DNA of 64,000 bases from Paraspadella gotoi (taxonomy: Eukaryota; Animalia; Chaetognatha). This document shows positions 28,007 through 40,300 of this stretch, one piece after another. The position numbers and the translations under genes were made by a program. The stretch lies in the NCBI GenBank assembly GCA_051294375.1, contig CM119265.1:28364260-28428259 (forward strand), given 5' to 3'. How positions within the stretch are numbered: the first letter of the stretch is position 1; each line of letters starts with the position of its first letter. The notes under the pieces are model-generated. The model was given only the letters and a program-made list of their open reading frames with translations, had not been told where the DNA came from and made no database searches.

Positions 28007-29646
28007 TCAGACGTCATTATAACTGATTTCCTTTCCTCCCCTCGCGTCATTGCAAGTCGTCAATACGAACACGGCGCCATCTTTGACGAGACCCGGGAGC
28101 GAGGCCCAGAACTCGCGGTGCGGCACCGCGTCGGCGCCGGCGAGTCCGCGACAGCACCGCAGGTAGAGGAAGCCGAAGAGGAAGTAGACGAGGAAGGAGA
28201 CGAAGAGGAGGAGGAGAAGGACGCTGCCGGCGCTGAGGCCTTGGGGAAGGAGAAAAGGGGGAGGAGACATTGGAGGGACATGGGAGGGACATGGAATGGT
28301 AGAAGATAACAGGGAATAACAGGGAATCATATGGAATTATATAAAATTATATGGAAATTTAATGATAGGAAATTACTTAGGATGACATCAAATGTATAGA
28401 AACTGATTTGGAATTACAATGTAATTCCAAATCAGATTACATAGGGATCTGCTATGACATTATCTTTTAAGAATAACGGAGGCCTTAAACCACTAAAGCC
28501 TGTCCAAAGATAGCTTATTTATTAAATGGATAATTTTTTATATTGGTTGTACCAATTTCATAGAATGGCGAATCGCTTGAAATTTCATAAAAAGAACCAA
28601 ATAAGCCATAGCAAGATTAAAATACAAACGAAATAGCATTGAATAATATTAAAATACATATGACTTGAAATTTATGATTGGAAAAATTAGTGTAAAATTG
28701 CAAAATATCAAATCGGGTGAAAATAGTGAACGAATAAATATCAAGTAAACAAGATCGGTTCATCCAATGTGTTGCGCCGCAGTGACCTTATTTTCACGTA
28801 AATTTCACTGGGATCACATGACATGACATGACATGACTATATGACTACATTAACTTTCTGAGCTCGTGTATTTATGACACGCACTGCATCGCAATGCGTC
28901 TTTTATTCTATATAGTTTTAGGATTTCCTGAAGGCGGCTCAAGCAGTCACTAAGATTTCAGGATTTTTCCTATCTTAACAAATGAGCAACCAAGTGAAGG
29001 CTAATGATGAGCATTTCGAGTTGCTCCGCGAGTACTCGCGGCGGAACTAAAAAATATAAAAAGTGGATATCATAGTTATGAAAAAAGCCCAACTTAAATT
29101 AACCTTTAACTCTTCCAATCCTTACCCAATAACCTCACCTTCGAGACATGCATCTGGACAAACGCATTTGTGTTCAAATTTGAATCTAAACAAATTATCT
29201 TTTTCGTTTCCACTGATGAATTTAAAAATGGGATCTTTTGTTTGTGTTTCGTTGCAGACGAGATCGACGATCGATCGTCGCTCCACGTCGTCGATCGACG
29301 CCCTCATTTCTAAGAAATACTGAGATCCGTTGACGTCGAGGCGAGGGTCTTTGCCGATCGGGTGATAATGATTTATCTCGAATTGAACGTCGCGCCAAAG
29401 GAGAAACTGTTCGCCTCCTTTCGTTTCGGGGTCCATATCGAAAGGATTACAAGGATCGTATTCGTAGAGAATCGTTTGGTCTTCCTTTGGGTGTTCCCTG
29501 TCGACGACGCGTTCCAAGTCGGAGGCTGCCATCGCCGCGTGCAGGTTGAAGACTCGACCATCTGCGTCGTTGAAGACGCAATTGGCGTTGCGGGCGTCGA
29601 TGAGCGAGTGGAGGGAGAAGAGGAGGAAGAGGAAAGTGAGGGACAT
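28007..29646 (-). CDS. Cation-dependent mannose-6-phosphate receptor/ATG27-like type I membrane protein, ~246 aa; exons 29646-29139 and 28239-28007
   Basis: Signal peptide; MRH-like domain (YEYDPC, RRSIVDLVC, FEHKCVC); GLSAGSVLL TM segment; family-typical tail GADAVPHREFWASLPGLVKDG ending in the YxxPhi motif YNDV; phase-1 intron. Confidence 0.85.
28748..29055 (+). mobile_element. Second HINE-like repeat family; other copies at ~49645-49970, ~62930-63120 and, reversed, the end at ~62273-62335
   Basis: Shared start caatgtgttgcgccgcag and terminal palindrome gagttgctccgcgagtactcgcggcggaactaaaa; GACR microsatellite in the other copies. Confidence 0.55.
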
Positions 29647-30839
29647 CGTCGATGCGGTGGGAGATCTGGAAGAGTTAGAGGTAAGTGGTAAGGGTAAGTA
29701 GTAGGTAAACGAAACTTAAGGGTAAGGCTAGATACGATAGTTCAAGGAATGAACTTAAAAAGTCGGCAGTTGGAGTTAAATTTATTAAGAATTAAATCCA
29801 ATATTAATTTTTTTGAAATCTATAAAACTTCTCATCGTAAAACGAATAATTTTGTTATTTAAAAAGTAGAAATAATAATTCAGTTATTTTAATTTTTTTT
29901 TTTTTTTTGAAAGCCGAAGTTCTGTCGCTTTGCGTTAAGTCGTTTTATGAAACTTTCTAAGAAAACTTGTTTTACTATATTAAACTAAATTGGACAAAAT
30001 TTTATAAAAGTTTAATATATTTTACATAAGTATTATATTTAATTATTATTTATTTCGTATTAATAATGTAATGGGGAGAGGGATGTTAGTGTTATCTTCT
30101 GGAAATATACAACAGGAGGTTAAAAATTATTTATTATTTCTATTGTTATTATTATTATTAATTATTTTGCCGTCAATGAAATTTTTAAGTCGGTTATCGT
30201 CAGAAAAAAAAAAAAACTTTTAGCTTTGATTATTCTTTGCAATTTCAGGCAAAACCTGTAATTAAGTTAACCGGCGCCAAACCGGTCTGAACATTTTCTT
30301 AGTGTCACCTCGACAGTCTTTCTGTATCTGGAGACGAACTAAACAAGAGCTACCTCGGATTATGACAAACAAGGTCCCGGGAACGAAACCGATAGCTACA
30401 ATTGTTTAATACACAGAATAAAGGTTTTTATCTATAATATTTAATAATATTTGGGTAGCAAATACGTTCGGAAGCTTTCAGTTTAAATATCAGTAGGAAA
30501 AGATTCAGAGGGTCTATTTCAGGGTTTCCAAATAACTATCATGTTTGTCTTTTTATATATCATTGATTTGTTCTTCTCATTATAATTTATATGGCCGTTC
30601 CTAAATATCATTGACTGTTGTGCTGTTTTCTTTTTAAATATCATTTCTGCAAATAACTATCATCGGTTTTTAGTCGGATCTGCTTACAGCTGATCCCTTG
30701 TCGAGATTAATTTGTGATAAATGCTTAGATTTAATAATGAGACAAACGCTGAAAGAGGAATGGTCAGTGGCAAATTAAAATTGGTGACTCCCTTGGCAAA
30801 TTTCAACCCACACCGTTTTAATTTTTCAAAGCATTGGGG

Positions 30840-30975
30840 ATCAGTGATTGGCCCAAAGCAAAATAGCGAGATCCAATCGAATAGAAGAAATCTTGAGATG
30901 ACGTCATAAGAGAAAACTCTCAAAAGCTTTAACCAATGAGAAAGACTCGCCGAGCGGCGAAAGGACCAATCGGGG
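30840..30975. promoter_or_regulatory. Candidate promoter cluster (CCAAT boxes and CRE) upstream of the ITIH-like gene
   Basis: ATTGG ~30847, TGACGTCA 30899-30906, CCAAT ~30933 and ~30966, between divergent genes. Confidence 0.35.
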
Positions 30976-31380
30976 GACGAGAAACTGACAAGCTGATCGT
31001 CGCGAAGCAAACCAGAGTCGAACCAAAACATTAAGAAAAAAAAAATCGAAATTTGCTTGAATCCTTGGAACTCAATTTTTTTCTCTTTCTGGACAAAGAA
31101 TAATTAATTCTTTATAAACGATTTTAAAAATAAAAGAAGAACGGTTAAAATCTGCGTCTTTTTAAACTCCGAGCAAACGTTTGCTAAAAATAGATACTCA
31201 TGCTGACTTGCGTTTTTCCAAAGTTCAGTTAAGCTCAAAAGATGAAATAAAAACCTTTTTCATTTTGGCCAAATTCATGATTAGCCCATGACGAAAGTAC
31301 AAAATTATGATAACCTATTACATATTGAATCTAAAATTATAAATATCTTGGAAACTTTAAATATTTCCTCAAATAAAAAA

Positions 31381-34300
31381 ATGTCTTTTCTTCTCTCAAA
31401 TTTCCACTTATTTGTCGTTGTTGTTGTTGTCGTCTCCGTTGTCGTCGCCAAACGCGATCTTCAAATTCCGGATATAACTAAACTTCACATAACCTCCGAC
31501 ATCCGGTACCGATACTCGGGTGAGTAGCTGATGAGTGAGGAGAATTAATATTTTATCTTGAGATTTTTGAATGCAGTGAACTGAATAGACTCTAATCATA
31601 AATAATTAAATACAGTTTATTATGTTAAATAACTTTATAAAGACAGCATCGGTATGTCTACAATACAATGAAAAAAGTCAAAAATAGGTTGTTTCTACTT
31701 TATACTTTTAAGCAATGATTTTCAGTCATCACGCAATGTAAAAATTAAATTTATTTATTAATTTTCGTTAAAACTGTTTATATCTTTATAATGAATTAAG
31801 AAATTCATAAATAAATTAATAAATCAATTTATCTAAATTACAAGACAATTTATGAAATTGGTACAACCAATAAAAAATAATCCATTCACTAGCAGGTCCC
31901 TGCAAGCTTTCAATGAAGACTCTCTCACAGTCTCGTTTATTCACTCCCAGAGTACCTGGCTTCCCTATCAATATATAATACTATATAATGAAAATACTAT
32001 GTAATAAAAAAAATAAATGAAAATATTCATCTAAATAGCTAGACTATTAATTTCAACTTTGACTCTGCCACCCCCCCAAAAAAAACCCCATTCAACCCCA
32101 CAGTGACCCGCGTGGAGAGTCACGTCAAAAACTACAACCCCGTCGCCTCCGAAGTGACTTTCGACGTCTCTCTTCCTCGCGCCGCCTTCATCTCCCGATT
32201 CGAAATGAGAATCGGGAATAAGACTTACCCTGGAGATGTCAAGGAAAAGGAGGCAGCGACGAAACAATACGAGGCGGCAGTGGAGAGAGGAGAGTCGGCG
32301 GGAATTGTTAAGAAAAAGCCGAGGGAGAGTAACTCATTTACGGTGAGAGGGAGAGTCGGCGGGAATTGTTAAGATGAAGCCAAGGGAGAGTAACTCATTT
32401 ACGGTGAGAGGGAGAGTCGGCGGGAATTGTTAAGAAGAAGCCGAGGGAGAGTAACTCATTTACGGTGAGAGGGAGAGTCGGCTGGAATTGTTAAGAAGAA
32501 GCCGAGGGAGAGTAACTCATTTACGGTGAGAGGGAGAGTCGGCGGGAATTGTTAAGAAGAAGACATCCTTTTTGGCAAAAATGACATCTGTATGATTTTC
32601 TGTGTTTGTCCTCTGATATATGAGCGTTGAGTTTAGATCGTAAAGCAAAACGCTGATCGCAATATTTGCATTTAGATTCACGTGATATTAGTTTTTCATT
32701 GATGTGATTTTCCAAACAATTTTTTTTGGTTTCAAAAGAATCGAAATATGTTTTTTTTTAAAACAAAAAAAATCGTTCTTTGTAAATTGTAATTTGTAAA
32801 TCAATAAATAGGTTGTAGCGAATCCGATCTTACTGTAAAATTGTAGATTGTTAAATAATTATTTTAACATTCAAATCCCTTTATCTTCAAAAAAAAAATC
32901 TATAACAATCTCTGAAAGAAAAAAAATTATGAATTTTAAAAACTTAAAAATAAAATTGCAGAATCTTAATACTTTTTTAAAAATTATATTAAATAAATTT
33001 CAAATGTCAATGAAGACCAGACTCTTCCTAATAGACTTAAGCACGGTAAATACATTTGATGTACAAAATTGAATTATGATAGACTGATAATGATAATATA
33101 ATTTTTATTATTAACTTTTGTTATTTATACTTGAGATTTTATTCCTTCCGTCAGGTTACGACCAACGTTGCGGCAAAAAGTGACGTCGATTTTACTCTCG
33201 TTTACGAAGAACTTTTAACGAGAAGACTCGACAAATACGAGCAGGTAAAAGAAAGGGCTCATCCGGGAGTCGAACCCGGGACCTCTTGCACCTCTAAGCG
33301 CAGAATCAGTACCCCTAGACCAACGAGCCACTAATATTAGTGTAATTTAGCAACAAAATTCTCTGCTACTAAAATTTCATCAGCGTTTAACAAAAAAATA
33401 TATGATTTAAACTAAATGTAATCATTAGGGCTCGTCCGGGAGTCGAAACCGCGGACCTCTCACACCCTAAGCGAGAATCATACCACTAGACCAACGAGCC
33501 ACTAATATTAGTGTAATTTAGCAACAAAATTCTCCGCTACTAAAATTGCATCAGCGTTTAACAAAAAATTATCTGATTTACATCTAAATGTTATCATTAG
33601 GGCTCGTCCAGGAGTCGAACCCGGGGACCTCTCGCACCCTAAGCGAGAATCATACCATTAGACCAACGAGCCACTCATATTCATTGTAATTTAGCTTCAA
33701 AATTCTCTGCTACTAAAATTGCATCAACGTTTAACAAAAAAAAATCTGATTTTAAACTAAATGATGTTTGGGGCTCATCCGAGTCGAACCGGACCTCTCG
33801 CACCCTAAGCGAGAATCATACCCTAGACCAACGAGCCACTAATATTAGTGTAATTTAGCAACAAAATTCTCTGCTACTAAAATTTCATCAGCGTTTAACA
33901 AAAAATATATGATTTAAACTAAATGTATCATTAGGGCTCGTCCGGGAGTCGAACCCGGGACCTCTCCACCCTAAGCAGAATCATACCACTAGACCAACGA
34001 GCCACTATATTCAGTGTAATTTAGCCAAAATTCTCTGCCTACTAAAATTGCATCAGCGTTTAACAAAAAAATTACTCTGATTTACATCTAAATGTATTCA
34101 TTAGGGCTCGTCCAGGATCGAACCCGGGACCTCTCGCACCCTAAGCGAGAATCATACCACTAGACCAACGAGCCACTCATATTCATGTAATTTAGCTTCA
34201 AAATTCTCTGCTACTAAAATTGCATCAACGTTTAACAAAAAAAATCTGATTTAAACTAAATGATGTTGTTGGGGCTCGTCCGGAGTCGAACCCGGACCTC

Positions 34301-37300
34301 TCGCACCCTAAGCGAGAATCATACCACTAGACCAACGAGCACTAATATTCATGTAATTTAGCTTCAAAATTCTCTGCTACTAAAATTGCATCAGCCGTTT
34401 AACAAAAAATATCTGATTTACATCTAAATGTTATTCATTAGGGCTCGTCCGGAGTCGAACCCGGGACCTCTCGCACCCTAAGCGAGAATCATACCAATTA
34501 GACCAACGAGCCACTCATATTCATGTAATTTTAGCTTCAAAATTCTCTGCTACTAAAATTGCATTCAACGATAAACAAAAAAAAAATCTGCATTTAAACT
34601 ATATAATGTTGTATTGGGGCTCGTCCGGGAGTCGAACCCGGGACTCTTCGCACCCTAAGCGAGAATCATACCCTAACCAACGAGCCACTAATATTAGTGT
34701 TAATTTAGCCAACAAAATTCTCTGCTACTAAAATTTCATCAGCGTTTAACAAAAAATATATGATTTAAAACTAAAATGTAATCATTAAGGGCTCGTCCGG
34801 AGTCGAAACCCGGGACCTCTCACACCCTTAGCGAGAATCATACCACTAGACCAACGAGCCACTAATATTAGTGTAATTAGCAACAAAATTCTCTGCTACT
34901 AAAATTGCATCAGCGTTTAACAAAAAATTATCTGATTTAACATCTAAATGTTATCATTAGGGCTCGTCCGCGGAGTCGAACCCGGGACCTCTGTCGCACC
35001 CTAAGCGAGAATCATTCACACTAGACCAACGAGCCACTAATATTCATGTAATCTAGCTTCAAAATCTCTGCTACTAAAATTGCATCAGCGTTTAACAAAA
35101 AAATATCGGATTTAAAAGTAAACGAAGTTATCATTAGGGCTCGTCCGGGAGTTGAACCCGGGACCTCTCGCACCCTAAGCGAGAATCATACCACTAGACC
35201 AACGAGCCTCCATTCGATTTCCTCTCCTTCATTCCTCTGCTGGACTCACCTCCTCTCTTTTCTCTCCCCCCTTCCCTCTCCTCTCCTCACTCCTCATCTT
35301 CCCTCCCTCAGGTGATCAACATCTCTCCAGGCCAACTCGTCTTCGACTTCCTCGTCGTCGTCTCCATCAACGAATCTCGTCGACTCAGTCTCGTCCAAGT
35401 TCCCCCCCTTCGATCCGGCAACGAAATCGAGGCCGCGGAGGGCGGCGTGCCCGATGGGGCGAACGGAGCCCTGGGCTGGAAACCCGATGTGGATATCGAA
35501 AGAAAGACGGAGACGACGGCCGTGGTCACGTGGTCGCCTTCCTCGGTGAGGTCATTTGTGAAAATGGAGCAGATTGATTTATGATTCGTTTTAAATGAGT
35601 TTGAGACCCTCACTCTCATTTGCATATTGTCGTTTAGGATTAAAATGCATTGCAAGCACTCTCTAGTTATCTACTTCCACTTAGAAATTATACAATTAAT
35701 CTTAAAGCTACCAAGTAAGTTTATGTTGTTTATTCTTCACTAAACATAAACACTATGTTGTCATTAGTAAGGATAACATCGTCTTCTTGTGAGGTAATAT
35801 CCCTGTTATAAAAATAATGGTCTGGTTTTTAAATGCTCCTAACTCTGGTAATTATCAATCATCAATTAACTTGGTATTTGGTAATGTGCATACGTATCAT
35901 GCTTTCACACTCACTTGGTCAACCAAAAAAAGTGATCACATGATCAGAAACGCAATGTCGTTTAATTCATAAAATACTGATTCATTTTAGTAAATTCTTA
36001 GTCGATTTTGTGACCTCGCGTCCGGTCATTTTTCCCTGGTAAAAAATCTTTTGGCTATGATTCACACTTGCGTAGTCCTGCGACCATATAGAAATTCGGT
36101 CACGTGATCGGGAAGTCTAATCTAATTGATACTTTGAAATTAACTGATGATTGTTACGCATATGCGACGGTCTTCTACAGTAACACCTCTCGTTCCTTTT
36201 TTGTCCTTTTACTCATTCTTTCCCTTTTGATTAGGAACTCTTCTCCTTTCCTTGTGAATGTCACGTTCGCCGGCATTCACAAACGTTTAATAAAAGCAGG
36301 GCTCGTCCGGGAGTTGAACCCGGGACCTCTCGCACCCTAAGCGAGAATCATACCACTAGACCAACGAGCCACACGTTTAGTATTCTTATTTTTTTTGTTA
36401 TAAAGATTAAATCAGCCTTCCAAAGAATTTAATATTCGTAACAAAATAAAAACGCAATATTTTTCAAAAGTTGGGCTTCTTCGAGAATTTGAACCCGGAA
36501 CCACCTCCCACTCCCATTCTCTCCCCCTCCCTCCCTTATTCCTTTCTCCCCTGAAATTAATCATCTCTCCCTTTTCTCTTACCATCCTTTCATTCCACGA
36601 CTCTTACCTCTCCCTTTACCCTTTCTCTTCTCATCCCTTCCTCTGGGCCACTGAGTGGTGCGAAGTCGAATCCCCGGGGACCTCTCGCACGCCTAAGCGA
36701 GTCATACCACCATTAGACCAAACGAGCCACTAGTATTACATGTATTTAGCTCAAATTCTCCTACTACTAAAATTGCATGGCAGCATTAACAAAAAATAAC
36801 GTAGATTTACATATAAGTTATGATAATGGGGCTGTCCGGGAGTCGCGAACCCGGACTCCTGGCACCCCTAAGCGAGAATCATACCACATTTAGACCAACG
36901 AGCCACTAAATATTATGGTAATTTAGCACAAAATTCTCCTGACTAAAATTTCATCAGCGTTTAACAAATATAATTTGATTTAATCTAAATTTAATCATTA
37001 GGGCTTGTCCCGGGGAGTCGAACGGGACTTCGCACCCTAAGCGAAGAATTCATACCACTAGACCACCGAGCCACTGATCTAGTGTAATTTAGCTTCAAAA
37101 ATTCTGCTGCTACTAAAATTGCAATCAACGTTTAACAAAAAATATCTGATTCTAAATCTAAATGTTTCATTAGGGCTCGTCCGGGAGTCGAACCCGGACG
37201 GTCCGCATCGCCTAAAAGCGAGAATCATACCAAACACGGAGCGCCACTAATATTCAGTAGTAATGTAGCTTCAAAATCTATGCTACTGAAATTGCGGATC

Positions 37301-40300
37301 AGCCGCTTTAACAAAAAAATATCGGATTTAAACAGGAATAAACGAGTTATTACTTAGGGCTCGTCCGGAGTCTAAAGCACGCAGGGAACCTCTCGCACAC
37401 TAAGCGAGATGCAATATAACCCTTTAGACGCGAAACGAAGCCTCCATTCGATTTCCCTCCTTCATAGATCCTCTGCTGGACTCACCTCCTCTCTTTTTCT
37501 CTCCCCTTGTCCCCTCTCCTCTCACACTCTCACTCCTCTGCTTCCCTCCCGTCAGGTGATCAACAATCTCTCCAGGCCAAACTCGTCTTGCGACTTCGCT
37601 CGTCGTCGTCTCCATCAACGAATCTCGTCGACTCAAGTCTCGTCCAGTTCCCCCCTTCGATCCGGCAACGAAATCGAGGCGGCGGAGGGCGGCGGTGCCC
37701 ATGGGGCGAACGGAGCCCTGGGCTGAGGAAACCCGACGGTGGATATCGAAAGAAAGACGGAGACGACGGCCGTGGTCACGTGGTCGCCTTCCTCGTGAGG
37801 TCATTTGTGAAAATGGAGGCAGATTGATTATGAATCGTTTTAAATGAGTTTGAGACCCTCACATCTCATTTGCATATTGTCGTTTAGGATTAAAATGCAT
37901 TGCAAGCACTCGTCTAGTTATCTACTTCCACTTAGAAATTATACACATTAATCTTAAAGACTACAAGTAAGTTTATGTTGTTTATTCTTCACTAAACAAA
38001 ACATCTATGTTGGTCCATTAGTTAAGGATAACATCGTCCTCTTGTGAGTAATATCCCTGTTAATAAAATAATGGTCTGGTTTTTAAATGCTCCTAACTCT
38101 TGGTAATTATCAATCATCAATTAACTTGGTAATTTGTGAGAGACATACGTATCATGCTTTCACACTCACTTGTCACCAAAAAGTGATCACATGATCAGAA
38201 ACGCAATGTCGTTTAATTCATAAAATCTGATTCATTTTAGTAAATCTTAGTAGATTTGTGACCTCGACGTCCGGTACATTTTTCCGCTGTAAAAATCTTT
38301 TGGCTATGATTCACACTTGCGTAGTACTGCGACCATATAGAAATTCGGTCACGTGATCGGGGAAGTTAATCTAATTGATAGCTTTGAAATTAACTGAGAT
38401 GATTGTTACGCATATGCGACGGTCTTCTACAAGTAACAACCTCTCGTTCCTTTTTTGTCCTTTTACTCATTCTTTCCCTTTTGATTTAGGACTCTTCTCT
38501 CTTTTGGAATGTCACGTTCGCGGCATCACAAACGTTTTAATAAAAAGCAGGGCTCGTCCGGGAGTTGAACCCGGGACCTCTCGCACCCTAAGCGAGAAAT
38601 CATACCACTAGACAACGAGCCACACGTATTAGTATTCTTATTTTTTTGTTATAAAGATTAAATCAGCCTTCCAAAGATTAATATTCGTAACAAAATAAAA
38701 ACGCAATATTTTTCAAAAGTTGGTGCTCTTCGAGAAATTTTGAACCGGAACCCTCCCACTCCCATTCTCTCCCCCTCCCTCCTTATTCCTTTCTCCCCTG
38801 AAATTAATCATCTCTCCCTTTTCTCTTACTCCTTTCATTCCACGACTCTTACTTCTCCCTTTTACCCTTTCTTCTTCTCATACCCTTCTCCTCCCTCCCT
38901 CCCATCTCCCCCTCTTCCCTCCTCCCCTCTCCCTCTTCTTCTCTCCCCTCTTCCTCCTCCCCTTCTCCCTCCCTCTCCTCCCCCCCCTTCTCCCCCCTCC
39001 CAGTCGCGCTCAAAACGTCCAAGAGCATCCTCTGGAATCTGCCGCTNNNNNNNNNNNNNNNNNNNNNNNNNCCTCCCTCCCTCCCAATCTGCCCCTTCTT
39101 CCTCCCTCCCCTCTCCCCTTCTTCCCTCTCCCCTCTTCCTCCTCCCCTTCTCCCTCTCTCCCTCCCCCCCTTCTCCCCCCTCCCAGTCGCGTCAAAAGTC
39201 CAAGAGCTCCTCTGGAATCTCCGCCCAGTTCATCGTCGCCTACGACGTCGAAACGGACGTCTGAAAGGCGAAGTCTTAGTCGTCGACGGATATTTGTTCA
39301 TTTTTTTGCGCCGAAAAAATCTAGATGCTGTTTATCAACACGTCTACTTCGTGCTGGACGTCAGCGGGTCCATGTAATGGTAAGTATTTGGGGTATGATG
39401 AAACAAGTAGGGGTCTTATGTCAGTTGGTTTAATGTGGGATTAGTCTGTTCTCTATCCACGAATTTGTGGGAATATTTAAAAGTGGGCACAACTCATTAT
39501 GAAAGCGGGTTTATAAAGACTTCGTGTCTATGTTTGAAAAAATATGATTCGCGTTCCGAAGCTTAATCTGTCGCTAATTTCCGCCGAAAAAGGGCTCGTC
39601 GGGAGTCCGAACCCGGGACCTCTCTGCACCCGAAAGCGAGAATCATACCACTAGACCAAACGAGCCATATGAACGAGTATATGATATTGCTCTACTCTTA
39701 CCCAGTTCATCGTCGCCTACGACGTCGAACGCGACTCTGAAGAAGGCGAAGTCTTAGTCGTCGACGGATATTTTGTTCATTTTTTTGCGCCGAAAAATCT
39801 AGATGCTGTTTATCAACACGTCTACTTCGTGCTGGACGTCAGCGGGTCCATGTATGGTAAGTATTTGGGTATGATGAAACAGTAGGGGTCTATATGTCAG
39901 TGGGTTTATGTGGGATTAGTCTGTCTCTATCACGAATTTGTGGATATTTAAAATGGGCACAACTCATTATGAAAAGCGGGTTTATAAAGACTTCGTGTCT
40001 ATGTTTGAAAAAATATGAGTTCGCGTTCCGAAGCTTAATCTGTCGCTTATTTCGCCGAAAAAGGGCTCGTCCGGGAGTCGAACCCGGGACCTCTCGCACC
40101 CGAAGCGAGAATCATACCACTAGACCAACGAGCCATATGAACGAGTATATGATATTGCTCTACTCTTACCCTGTTACCTTCGTACCCTCTACCCAAACGG
40201 GGTTTCAAGCCACGGACCTACTGCTATATGGAATTAGAAAAGTTCGTTTTCATCTTTAATTATGGGCCCGCCAGTACCTCTGAGAATTTTACTCCCAATA

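Noticed and set aside
33255-35208. CRISPR-like repeat/spacer look
   Set aside because: The repeats are tRNA-Pro, the spacers are themselves repeated, the DNA is eukaryotic and no cas genes are present
36650-39720. Apparent exon 4/5 duplications and frameshifts in the ITIH-like gene
   Set aside because: Noisy duplicates surround an N gap, and a clean frame can be rebuilt from the overlapping copies
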